Assembly: GCF_009834535.1 (NCBI RefSeq) | Contig: NC_045697.1 | Span: 87,980,001 to 88,044,000, forward strand | DNA length: 64,000 nt | Direction: 5' to 3' | Source of the DNA: Camelus ferus | Taxonomy: Eukaryota | Part shown: positions 51,951-64,000 of the stretch, piece after piece | How the letters are laid out: every line of letters begins with the position of its first letter | Numbering within the stretch: the first letter of the stretch is position 1 | Program-made: the position numbers and the translations under genes | Notes under the pieces: model-generated | Told to the model about the DNA's origin: nothing | The model's database searches: none | The model's input: the letters and a program-made list of their open reading frames with translations, nothing else

Positions 51951-53871
51951 GAATAACTCCCTCTCACACACTGACACTCTTATCTTCAGTGGATGTCTAA
52001 TACCCCTTGGGGGTGGGAAATAAACCTTTAACATGAGTAAAAGATCCTGTGGTATCTTCTTTTAACTTGTTTTTCAGTTTCAATGCCATTATGATCCCCC
52101 TCATTCTCTGCTCCAACCACACTGGACTTCTTCAGTTTCTCAAACTAATATATTATCTCTCTATAGAGTTCAGATTATAAAGCTCTCCCTTCTCCTCCCC
52201 TTGTGCCTGGTTAACTGCTACTCATCAAACAGAACTCAGCTTAAAGATCACTGCTTCAAGGCAGCACCCTTTACATAGAATCTTGGCTAAGTTCCCTTTT
52301 TATTCACTCTTATGAAACCACATTTCTTTCTTTCATATAACTCAAGTCAATTTTTAATTATATATAACCAATTTTGTGATTACCTACCTCCCAGTTTAAA
52401 CTTCATGAAGAACAGTAACTTTGCCTGATTTTCTTAGTGTTATATCCCCAGAAACTTTTCAGTCTAGAGTATATGGCACTTACTTAAGAAATATTTCTAA
52501 AATGAATAGTTATAGCATATGCTTGCACTTTAACACTGGTGATCTCATGTCATCAAAAGTGCTTTTGTACTACCATGATGCTAATGTGTCAAAGTTCACA
52601 GGCTCAGTTCCTTACACTAATAATTCCACAAACATTTATTCTTTTAATTAATGTTTATTGAATAACTACCATAAATAATGGATACTGGAATTACAGTGAT
52701 TAGAACAATTTCTATTGTCAAAAAATTTACAATCTGTAGTGTGTAGTACAAAGAATAATGCAAACATTTGAAATGATTTGGAAATAAATGCTAGGTAAGT
52801 GCAGAGTACTCTGAGAGTACAAAGGAAATACATTCTACCCTGGGTGTGGTGGGCGGGGAGAGGGTAGGTGAGTACTGCTGAGTAAGTTCTAAACAATATG
52901 AAGGAACTAGCCAGGTAAAGAAGGTGAGGAAAAGTATTGTAAACATGGGGTAGTAGAAAAGGCACGCTGTGCTTTTGGAAAAGAGTAAGTGGTGCACCAT
53001 TTATTATTTGAGATAAGAAATTTGAACTGAAAATTAAACAGGAACTTTGTTCATCACACAGGGAGTTTAAAGTGATGGCTAATGAGCTTGGTTATGAGAA
53101 CTTGCAACTATTCTAGAATATATGTGTGTCTAAGGTCCAAAAATATTAAATTATGACAGGAACAGACAACAAAATCTCAGCTGTCCCTGTGTCTTGTTCT
53201 TGCATTACTTTTACCATCCTCATCTGGTATAGCAGGGGGAAGAGATAAATAAACAAAGGACGGATTTAATAGTGGTGTAGTTTCAGGTCTAGACAGACTC
53301 CTTTCAAGAGACAGTAATAGGTCTCAACTTGAGAACAAGAATTGTGTCAAGTAGCATTATATGTCTTTCACTATAGTATATATAGTATGCACTATATATT
53401 TGTAGTGCATACAAAATTTAAAAATCATCTTCAACCTGTTAGAAGGCTCCATGGCCCATTTTTATTACCCTTACTTAAATTCTGATGGCAATAGAAGTGG
53501 CAAGATAGGGCAGAAATTTCTAATAGTGACCATATATCCTGTTGATAAGATGCTGAGAAAACAACAAATATAGTTTAGGTAGGAATACAAAAGAAAGTGA
53601 GAAATTTGGAAATAACTAGTAAAATTGCATATACCTTTACCATTTGATGCAGAAATCCCACCTCTAAGAATCCAGCAGCCATGAAGAGTCCCCATTAATC
53701 CTAGAACAACCAGATCAATCATTAGCCTGAATAGGAAGATTTCTAACACTTTGAAGGATACAGCAAGAACATATATGATTTTAAATAAAGGAGTATAATG
53801 ATCTTATTTGCTTTTAGGAAAAATTCTTTGATAGCAGTATGGAAAAGAAATTGGAGAGGGTCAGTTTAGAT

Positions 53872-54093
53872 CAGGGTCAACAAATTTTTTTCTGGAAAGG
53901 GTGAGTTAGTAAATATTTTTGACTTTGTGTGACATATAGTCTCTATCCTAATTACTCAGCTGTGTTGTTGCAGCATGAAAGCTGACATATACCATAAGTA
54001 AATGGTGGGTGTAGATGTGTTCTAATAAAACTTTATTTACACAAATAAGCAGTAGTCTAGATTTTGCCCATAAGCTGTAGTTTGCCACCCCTG
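53872..54093. mobile_element. MER58A hAT-Charlie MITE inserted in an L2 (minus strand, ~53740-54510)
   Basis: Terminal inverted repeats CAGGGTCAACAAA ... TTTGCCACCCCTG and internal AATAAAACTTTATTTAC. There is a degenerate 8-bp TSD, GTTTAGAT/GGTTAGAG. Confidence 0.9.
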
Positions 54094-54519
54094 GGTTAGA
54101 GGAAGGGACAGCAGTTAGGACATTCCTGAAATTCCTAGGTGAGAGAGTCTGGTGGCATAAACAATAGTAGTAGCCATGGTAATGAAGAGAAATGGCACAC
54201 ATAAGTGGCTGAATTAAATGAGTTGGTAATTTATTGATGTGGACTATAAGGGAGAGAAGGGAACCATGGATAACAGCCAGGTTTTTTATTTGGAAAATTT
54301 AGAAGATCATTGATGCCACTAGTCAGTGCAAGGAATGCGTTAGGAATAGTTTGTTTTGACACAAAGTATGATGAAGTCCATTTTGGACAAGTCAAATTTG
54401 AAATGTCTGTGGGACAGAAAAGTGGAGCTGTTTCTAGTGGGAAAATAGGCCCATAGGTGTGTGCTCTGGAATAGATCTGAGCTGGAGAAAAAGATTGCGA
54501 ATCATTTTTCTTTGAAATA

Positions 54520-55123
54520 ATGAAACAAAATGAAAAGACAATTTACAGAATGTGAGAAAATATTTGCAAACAATGCAACTGGCAGGGGCTTAATTTCCAG
54601 AATATACAAACAGCTCCAACAACTCAATAACAAACAAAATAAACAACCCAATCAAGAAATAGGCAGAAGAACTAAACAAACATTTCTCTGATGAGGACAT
54701 ACAAATGGCTAATAGGCATGTGAAAAAATGCTCAATATTGCTAACTACTAGAGAAATGCAAATCAAAACTACAATGAGGTTTCACCTCTCATCAGTCAGA
54801 ATGACCATTAATAAAAATTCCACAAACAATAAATGCTGGAGAGGGCGAGGAGAAAAGGGAACCTCTTACATTGTCGGTGGGAATGTAGTTTGGTGCAGTC
54901 ATTATGGAAAACAGTATGAAGATTCCTCACAAAAGTAAAAATACACTCATGCTAAGATCCAGCAATCCCACTCCTGGGCATATATTTGGAAGAAACTCTA
55001 ATTTGAAAAGATACATGCATCCCAGTGTTCACAACAGCACTATTTGCAATAGCCAAGACATAGAAGCAACCTAAATGTCCATTGACAGATGATTGGATAA
55101 AGAAGATGTGGTGTGTGTGTATG

Positions 55124-55163
<40 letters not shown>

Positions 55164-55610
55164 GGAATACTACTCAGCCATAAAAAAATAATGCCATTTG
55201 CAGCAACATGGATGGACCTTAAAATTGTCATACTTAGTGAAGTAAGCCAGAAAGAGAAAGAAAAATACCATATGATATCACTCATATGGAATCTAAAAAA
55301 AAAAGACAAATGAATTTATTTACAAGACAGAAACAGAATCACAGGCATAGAAACCAAAACTGTGGTGACCAGAGGGGAAGGCAAGTGGAGGGGTAAATTG
55401 GGAGTTTGGGATTTGCAGATTAACTATATATATAAAATAGATAAACAGCAAGGTCCTACCGTATAGCATAGGGAACTATATTCAATACCTTGTAATAGCC
55501 AATAATGAAAAAGAATATAAAAAGGAATATATATGTATAACTGAATCACTATGCTGTACACTGGAAATAAACACAGCATTGTAAACCAACTATACTTCAA
55601 TAAAAGAAAG
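54520..55610 (+). mobile_element. Youngest LINE-1 in the window: 5'-truncated, cetartiodactyl/camelid-type ORF2 end plus 3' UTR
   Basis: ORF2 C-terminal peptide [27 protein letters not shown]. The 3' UTR is GGGAGTTTGGGATTTGCAGAT...GGGAACTATATTCAATACCTTGTAATAGCC...CTATACTTCAATAAAA. A (GT)n(AC)n expansion lies at ~55110-55160. Confidence 0.93.
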
Positions 55611-56589
55611 AAATTAAATGGGGTTACATATGACCAGCAGGGAAAGAAAGCTTGGGTTAAGAGCATCTGTTCGTGCTTCCATAGTACCTGGTACTTCACT
55701 CAATTTAGTACTCAATTATAATTGTCTTGGCTCCATGTAATTGCGTTTTCTGTATTTACCATTAGATTGAAATCAACATAAGGAAGAAACTTTCTATGTC
55801 TTATTTACTATAATTCAATCTACAATACTAATCTCGCAGTGTTTTTGAATGAATAAATAGGAAGGGAAGTGGCAGGAAATTTAGAGTATTCTGCTCCATA
55901 AAAACAAAAAAGGAAGAGTTAACTGATTGCATCAGATGTTGTAGCTGAGAAAAGGAAGGTCAATTCTTCCCTTGATGTTAGCAATAAGGAGGTTATTAGT
56001 GACCACAGTGAGAACAGTTTTAGCTGGCAATATAGGGAATATGATTATTGTGTAAATAGGAGTGAATGGATGAAGTAAAAACTGAAGTATATATTTTAAT
56101 AGAGAAAACTCTTAATAAAAGATAGAAAAGAAGGCAGTAATTAAAAGTAGGCACAAGGCTTTTTGTTGTTGTTATGGTTTATTTAATTGGTTTACTTTTT
56201 TTTCTCTTGCTTCATTTTTAAAAACAGGAGAGACATGAAAAGAGTCAATAGAGTGAAAGCAAGGGCAAGCCTTCAAGGATCCAGAGCCTAGCAGATGACT
56301 TGGCTTGAATGACAAGGCAAAGGGATGTGTTGCCTAATGAGATGATCAGGAAGGAGGCACGGATAGACTTAGATGAGGATCATTTTATGGGTGGGGAATA
56401 TAATTTTTCAAATTAGGAGTCTGTTTCTTCTTATTCCTAAAGAAAAGGCAAAATTCATTTCCAAAAGGAAGGCTAAATTTTAGGAAATAAGCACTGGAAA
56501 GTACCAAAGCACACTACTGAGTTTTATTTTGAATGATGCCCAAGACTTTGTGGTAGTGATATGTTTAATATTTGAGGAATAGGTAATAG

Positions 56590-56810
56590 AGGCTTAGAAG
56601 TACATAGACTTAGGAGTTATTTTCGTTTTGCATTTGAATTTCATTCCTTCAGTTAGTAACTCTATGATCATGCATGGGTTATAAACTTTCTGAGTCTCAG
56701 TATCTTTTGCTGTAGTCTATCTCCCTCATTGGTTGATATGAAGGAATTAAATGAAATTACATAAATAAAGCTCTTTAGACAGCACTTGACATGTAGGAGG
56801 TGCTGTAAAG
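56590..56810 (+). mobile_element. MIR SINE
   Basis: TTTGAATTTC...AACTTTCTGAGTCTCAGTATC...GAATTAAATGAAAT...GCACTTGACATGTAGGAGGTGCT. Confidence 0.7.
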
Positions 56811-57313
56811 TGCTCTTCCCTCAAAATGCCTCTAGAATGAAACTTGTCTAAAGTGGATGTGGTCATGGGTGCCAGGATTATTCTGGTTTAATTTCAACTT
56901 GAACATCAGCTCTTAGTTCAAAAGATGAAAGACAATGCAGCAGGATTTCAAAAGCCCAGAAAGGTCAGCACTTGGTTTTTAAAAATCCTAGAACTATTTG
57001 AATCTAGTACTGCACGACTGAGTAAGCTCTAAGGTCTTGTGATTCACTTAAGGCAACACAGAAATTCTGAGAGACCTAAAATGTAAAAATTCTGTTTTGC
57101 AATTCTTGGAACATTCCATAAAGTCATTTCAGTTTCCTGGGAAAAGAAATATGCATGTGAACAAGAATCTTTAGCAATTGATTGCATTTATCAAAAAAAA
57201 TCTGGTTCACAGAGAAACATCCCATTATTACTAGATCATTGCACAAGTCCTCTAAATATAAGTAAGTCTGCATCTGTTACAGGGAATGAGGCAGGTTTTC
57301 CAGTGACTCTGAC

Positions 57314-57429
57314 CTGATGGTTTTCAGTGGGCTGGATATGGTGCACAACTGTAAGTGCATCCTCCAAGTTTCCAGTTTGTCATTGACATTTTTGCCAAAT
57401 ACAAGATGTAATTGTGATAATTCATCAGC
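57314..57429 (-). other. Candidate 116-nt internal exon of an unidentified gene or lncRNA
   Basis: Acceptor TTGTTACAG| and donor CAG|GTCAGA. The open frame is ADELSQLHLVFGKNVNDKLETWRMHLQLCTISSPLKTI, in apparently unique sequence. I do not recognise the protein. Confidence 0.25.
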
Positions 57430-58749
57430 CTGTAACAATAGCCAGTAAACACATTATGACAATAAGAGGAAAAAATCTCACTTTTTATATCCACCCACTC
57501 AAAATAACTTGGATTTCTTGCGACCAACAGCATAACTTTATTTGGTTAAATTACAATTGTGATATAAAATTTATTTCATATAGGAGAATGTAAGATGTGA
57601 TTCCGCCAAGCTGTAGTATTTTTATTTGGAGAACATGAGAGGCATCCCACATGAGTGTGAAGAGAGTGGGCTTTGGAGACTGAAGACCTGCATTAGGGTC
57701 TTGACTTTGCACTATGCTAGCACTGTGATCTTGAGCAAGAAACTTGATGCTGTTTCCAAGTACTTTGTGTCCTCATGAATTCACAAAATTGAGAAGAACG
57801 GGTTTCTTGACAATCTCAGGAAACATACTCGAAGTTTTGTGACAATCACAAAAATATGTCAGAGTACTTTGAGAAAAGTAAATGTTCCCATTTACTATTA
57901 TTTGGAATGGGGTAGGAAATAATAAATTTAGAACTAATATATTAAAGGATACAATATATTCTCTCTTAGATATTATATAATCATGAATGTTAGTGATCAT
58001 GATTAAAAATAGAACTTTTATATTATATTTAATAGAATTAATAAATATAAGCTTGTACCATTTTCAAAAGAAAATACTTTTTCAGAAAGTGATGGAAGAT
58101 TTTAAACATTAATGGGTAATGTTTAAATAACAAATAATTTAAATAAAATGTGTGCTTACATTTTACTTGGGTAAATTATATGCTAAGTATAATTAAAATT
58201 GCAGTTGAAGAAACCTAAGAAAATCTTCTTGGGTTGAATATATAACTGATAAATTCTTTTATTTCAGAAGGAGGCTTTTATAGTAATAAGGTTTTATATA
58301 CCTAAATCTATTGCTATTTTTTAAACTCTTGCTTATTCTAGTTACTTATCTGCAGCTGTAGCCAAAGCTAATATTTTTTAAGTCTGAAATGCAGATGAAC
58401 CTTCAGGTTGCTTCAGGGTTATAATTCCTTACACATTCCACATTGATTAGATATAGAGGGGATAAAAACATTTTGCTCATAGAGGAGACTGGACATTTTT
58501 AGCCAATCTATGAGCTAGTAGAAAATATCATTTTGCTAAGTAGGTATAATACAGCATGTATACCCTTGCCCCTTAATCCCAAAATAAAATTCATTCTGAA
58601 TTCTACTTATAGAACAAACAAATGCAGAACAAGTAACACTGTTTAATATTCAAGATGGAAACCTGAGTACTTTATTTTACATGTCAAAGAAGAAAATCAC
58701 AGACTAATTAAATGGTAGAAAATTACTTTGTTTTGTCATTTAAAATGTG

Positions 58750-60220
58750 TCCTGCAACACAATCCAGCAGACTGTGACAAGATTAGGGAGATCTATCTTC
58801 ATTCTCTAAATGTAGAAGAAAGTCAGATAACATGTAACCAAATTTAAAGACAGTATTTGAGCTAGAAATTAATAATGTCAAATTCCTAGATTGCAGACAC
58901 AAAAGGGAAAGTAAAAGCTAAACAATGAGAATTACTTAAAGCCAAATATCCCACAATGTACTGAAATCAGATATACAAAGTATAGTCTTGAGCAGTGAGT
59001 GCTTCAGTCATGCACTAGTGTTCACAAATGTAAATTCTGGCTCTTGAACTGTGGAAGATAATAGTCCTGACTTAGAATTCAGTGTGCACATGTAGCCAAG
59101 AGATGATGCTTTTGCCCAATCTATAACCAGGCGCTAACCCCAGTGCCTATTTTCCATGACAGAGGAGTCAGAAAATCTTCACCCCATAGTGCCAAGATGC
59201 TATAAGAAACAGGAACAGAGCTTACCTTTTACTCAGGGAATGGCTGGAGAAAGAATTGCTCACCCAGGGAGAAACTGAAATTATAGCCAAGACTCGTCAT
59301 GCCACGCAGCAACCTCAGCTAAGTAATTAACATCAATTACCGTAAAAACCCCACCTTCCCAAAGTGAAACATGTTGGGTCTTGAAAGAGGCAATTGTAAA
59401 ATCATCAATTATAGAAATACCTCCCTATTCCAGAGAACCTGTAAATCCCACTGTAAACTCTGAAGATGAGTTTAGTAAAAATGTACGATCAAGAGGACGG
59501 TAGATACAAAATGGCAGAATTCACACATGGAAGAATATAGATAATAGGGACTCTGAAAGTAAATACCTACAAATTTTCATAACAATAAGTGAATGCATAG
59601 AGTTCATAAGGTAAAAGATGGACATTATGGAAAAATAGCAGGTGAGTTTGCAAAAGGATTAAAAATAAATGTACAAAAATGGAAAATATGGTCATTAAAT
59701 ACAGGAAACATTAAAGTACAACAGAAGAGAGAATTGGAAGGTAGGTCTGAAGAGCTGTCTCAAAATATAGCTTATATGGAAGGAAAATAAGAAAGAGAAG
59801 TTAGATTAAATAGAGAACAAAAATGTTTTGACCAATACACATTCCAAAAAGAGAGACATGGGAAAGAAGAGGCAGTATTTGAGGAAATAATGGCCCACGA
59901 TACATGTCAAAAGGAATTCATGCATCCTTAGATTAAAAAAAAAAACAAACTGAGATCTGAACAAGATTAAAAAATTCAAATTACTACACTTAAATACCTC
60001 ATAAAGATAGTAAATAATTGTTTCCAGGCATTCAAAAAAGAATGAATTTTTCTCCACTGATGGTCATATGATAAAAAAAATACTAAAGTGTGTATTTCAG
60101 CAAGAATGAATTAGAACTTGGAAGGAAGAAATAGAATATAAGAAGAAACATAAGCAAACAAATTGGTAAAAATAGGTTTGTAAAGTAAGTAAGTATCAGA
60201 GGTGGAAAGAAAATAGTGAC
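58750..60220 (+). mobile_element. Very old L1/HAL1-type 5' UTR and ORF1 relic
   Basis: GAATTGGAAGGTAGGTCTGAAGAGCTGTCTCAAAATATAGC...GCAGTATTTGAGGAAATAATGGCC is purine-rich ORF1-like sequence. Confidence 0.55.
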
Positions 60221-60869
60221 TGATGAACTTCTGGTTCAGAACGTGATGGGACAGCTGGTATTAAACTAGCAGTCCCTAAAACCAACTTTGCAGACATTAG
60301 CCCTCTTGACAGCCTTGCTTGTTCATCTCATGCCAAGCACAAAGACTCACTGGTGGTGGAATCAGCAATGTTTCTTGGCTGTAATAAGTTCTTGCTCATT
60401 CCTCTGGTCCAGTGTAGATCACTTTTGTTTCTATGAGGTAAAAATGGTTCTGACATAGGGAGAGAGGAAAAGCTTCCTTTCAGTACCATTTACTCCCATA
60501 GGCCTAGGGTTTCACCTCTACTGGCCTAATACCCTCTATTTTTGCTAAGCTGCATTGATGGGGCTTTGGTGGGGTCCTACATTTGGATGGGGTCCACCCT
60601 CAGTCCCACCTCTTGGTGAGAACTCTCATTGCCCACAAAACTCTGCTGAAGACAGGGCATCTCTGAAGTAGACTCCCTTGCTTGAGGTTTCTTCACAGAG
60701 CTTTTCAAGCCCATGTAAATAAACAGAAGTAAGTCAATGAAAGCAAATTTACTGCTTGACTCAACTTGGCAGTAGTCAAGCTTCAAAATCCATTGTACAT
60801 TTGAGGAAATGGTGAGCCTCATACCCTTACCTACATAATCTAACCTATTGCAAAAGAAAAGGGACACCC

Positions 60870-61530
60870 ATGGAAGGGCAGAGAAAGCTGAAATGCAATG
60901 GTGTGTGAGAAAACTAAAAGCAGTGCAGTGTTACCTTGTAGCCAGCTATATAGGATAGGGAAGGTAGAAGATGAAACTGGAGAACTAGGCAGGGACCAGA
61001 TAATAGAAGGCCTCATATATTATGTAAAGCCATCTGAACTGTATTGTCTAAATAATGCAGAACCATTAAAGCAGAGAGTACACAGTCAGATCTATACTTT
61101 AGCAGGTGTCTCCAGTTATGTGTAGATTATGGATTTAAAGAGAGCATAAATAGCACATCCTAGGCAGGAGACTCTTTGCGGCACAAAGACGTATTCATTA
61201 CCTGAATTAGTGCAATGAGAGTTGGGATGGTTTTTATGGAAATTACAGGATAAAAAACATTTAATATGTAAAATAATAGCATTTAATGATTGATCAGATG
61301 TAGGGTGTGGTGAAGGGAAGGAGAAGTTTAGAATGACCTCTGTGTTTCTGGCCTTGAGTATCTGGGTGCCTATGGAATACTCAAGAATAGCAGGAAGTTA
61401 AATATGTCAGTCTGAAGTCAAAGGAGAACGATCTCTGTGGACACATATTTAGTACCTTTATTACAAGACAAGATAAGATCATCCAAGAAGAACACAAAAT
61501 ACATGAAGAGTAGAGAGTCAAGGATGGAAC
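60870..61530 (-). mobile_element. LINE-2 fragment
   Basis: GATGAAACTGGAGAACTAGGCAGGGACCAGATAATAGAAGGCCT...AGAATGACCTCTGTGTTTCTGGC are reverse L2 motifs. Confidence 0.75.
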
Positions 61531-62347
61531 TCTATCCTCAAATCTAATTCTCTAACTCTAACACAGTAGCACCTCAGCACCCCTCCATTGTTCCCTTATT
61601 ATTTCTAGAATCCCCAATGAGTGTTGCCATGCTCCGCATATTTTCTCAGGTTCTCAAGGCCACTGGTTACCTTTCAGCCAGTTGTCCATACTCCAGGCTC
61701 CGATGTCACTTGAGCTGCTTTCTTATTCAGCTGCTCCAGGAAGCTATCTTTCTGGCCCAGTTTGCTCTGCCAATGCTCAGCTCCATTTCAGAAGCCCTAA
61801 GTAGTCTTCCCCATGGAAAAGAAAGGGCTGGTCAACCTTCACAAATGGAAAAAAAATCTCAGGTTTATCAACACATACCCCAACACACATTTATTTTATT
61901 CTAAAGCTATTTAATATTGAGCACTGAAATATGAGCATTTGGACTACTTAAAAATCCGAGATCTCTCAAAACAATGAGTACATTTTTACTGTATTTTCTG
62001 TAACCAAAGGGGCTTTCTGGCATATTTCATGAAACGAAACATTTATCCATTAAGCTGACTTGCAGCCTTTGAAATTTCTACTAAATTTGATTGAAGATAC
62101 AGACATATATTATCTTCATATATCTCAAAATACATGAGTAAACAAAATAAAATTCTGGCACACTTAACACCTGGTGAGAGAATCACTGGGAGCAACAACC
62201 TTTATAAGGAGCAGATTGAGAGAAATCTCACAAAGAGATAAGTAAAGAAACAGTGAGACAGGTAGGAGAGGGACAGTGAAGAGAGAGCACCGACAAGAAG
62301 CCAGGTTAATAGAGGGCAACTTTCAGAAAGTAAAGAGAAAATGCCAC

Positions 62348-62353
<6 letters not shown>

Positions 62354-62405
<52 letters not shown>
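62354..62405. repeat. Compound (GT)n(GA)n microsatellite
   Basis: Read directly from the sequence. Confidence 0.95.
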
Positions 62406-62407
<2 letters not shown>

Positions 62408-62964
62408 GGCTGGTGAGAGGAGGGCAGGAGTAACAAGGAATGAAAGGGAATCTTTCACTTCACTTCTGTGCAATATGACTACAAGAGTAATGGAATGGAG
62501 ACAATTCCATTTGCTAAGTATCTTCTCCTGTCAGAAACTTTGTTCTCACCCCAGGTTGGATCATTCTCTCATGTCTGAAGGCCTGAGAAGACTTCAGAGG
62601 AACTCCAGAAGAACTAAACACCAAGAATGAAATAAAACTCTAAAAGAGAACATTTGGCTAGATTTTAGTTACAAGTTAACTTAAATTTAGGAAAAAAATA
62701 TTTGGAAATTATCCTTCATATTCAAATAATAAAGCACAATATTTGGGTTTATATGTTAAGACTTTTGGACCATGACTTATTTGCTACAATTCGATATTTC
62801 TTCAAGTAGAAATTTGTATACCCATAATGAAGTTTTCATCATCTCAGTAATTTATGAATCTAATCATGATTGTTCCTCAATGAAATATATCGACCTGTTG
62901 AGTACAGCAGGATAAATTTACAAACTAGTTTGATTGTCTTGTCAAATCTTGACTGCTTTTTAAA

Positions 62965-63930
62965 AAATTAATAAGCTTCATTTTTTAGAACAGTTTTAGG
63001 TTCACAGCAAAACTGAGAAGTACAGAATTCAAACATACTCACATCCCTTCCCACACTTAACTTCCCCCACTATAGAGCTCCCACACCAGAATAATATATT
63101 TGTTACAATTTAACATACATGGACAAATTATTATCACCCAAAGCCCATAGTTTTTATTAGAGGCCATTCTTGGTGTTGTACCTCCTATGAGTGTTAACAA
63201 ATGTATAATGACAGGTTTCCACCACTGCAGTAACGTACAGAATAGATTCACTGCCTTAAAACTCCTCTGTATTCCGCCTATTCACCCCTTCCTCGTCCCT
63301 AACCTTTGGTAACCAGTGAGCTTTTAAATGTCTCTGTATATTGCATTTTATAGGCTGTCAAAGAGTTGCAGTTATGCAGTATGTACCCTTTTCAGATTGA
63401 CTTCTTTCACTTAGTAATATGCATTTAAGTTTCCTCCAGGTCTTTTCATGGCTTGATGGCTCATTTCTCTTTAGTGCTGAATAATATTCCATTGTGTGGA
63501 TGTACCACAGTTTATTTATCCTTTTATTGTTTGAAGGGCATCTTGGTTGTTTCCAAGATTTGTCAGTCATATAGAAAGCTGCTATAAATATCCCTGTGCA
63601 GGTTTTTGTATGGACATAAGTTTCTAATTCATTTGAGTGAATACTGAGGTGCATGATTGCTAGATCATGTGATAAGAGTATGTTTAGTTTTGCTAAAAAC
63701 TTCCAAAATATCTTCCAAAGTGATTGTACCATTTTATATTCCCACCAGCAAAGAGTAAGACTTTCTGTTGCTCCACATTCTCACCAGCATTTGGTTTTGT
63801 CAGTGTTTTAAACTTTGACCGTTCTAATAGGTGTATAGTGGTATCTCATTTTAATTTGCAGTTCCTTGATGCTATATGATGTTGAACTTCCTTTCATATG
63901 CTTATTTCCCATCTGTATATCTTCTTTTCT
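62965..63930 (-). mobile_element. L1MC1/L1MC2-type 3' end
   Basis: TTTTAGAACAGTTTTAGGTTCACAGCAAAACTGAG...CACCCAAAGCCCATAGTTT. The minus-strand ORF2 relic peptide is KQPRCPS..RINKLWYIHTMEYYSALKRNE. Confidence 0.9.
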
Positions 63931-64000
63931 CTTGACCACTTTTGAAGTATCAATTAATAAGTCAATCTATTTAAATGAGATCTTTGAGGTTTTCACTTAA

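Overview
This is AT-rich, CpG-depleted placental-mammal genomic DNA, intronic or intergenic. The lineage is probably cetartiodactyl and most likely camelid: it has a Tigger1a_Art-like element and an artiodactyl-type L1 3' UTR, and I saw no Alu, B1, Bov-tA/BovB, PRE1, CHR or SINEC SINEs. I found no intact protein-coding gene, rRNA, tRNA or CRISPR array. Most of the supplied ORFs are repeat-derived or chance. The standout is a ~1.5 kb, 5'-truncated TACC3 processed pseudogene on the minus strand (1756-3279) with a 10-bp target-site duplication. Its coding frame is destroyed, yet it forms the only CpG island in the window. It carries CRE, ETS, GC-box and CCAAT motifs and a consensus plus-strand splice donor, so it may be a retrocopy-born promoter. 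The rest is a mosaic of L1, L2, MIR, L3/CR1, MaLR/ERVL/ERV1 LTRs and hAT/Tigger DNA transposons. Smaller items are a 25-nt U6 snRNA retro-fragment, a 3'-truncated L1 nested in another L1, a perfect 72-bp tandem duplication, three short hairpins and some speculative minus-strand exons. Repeat subfamily names are from memory of consensus sequences, and repeat boundaries are approximate.
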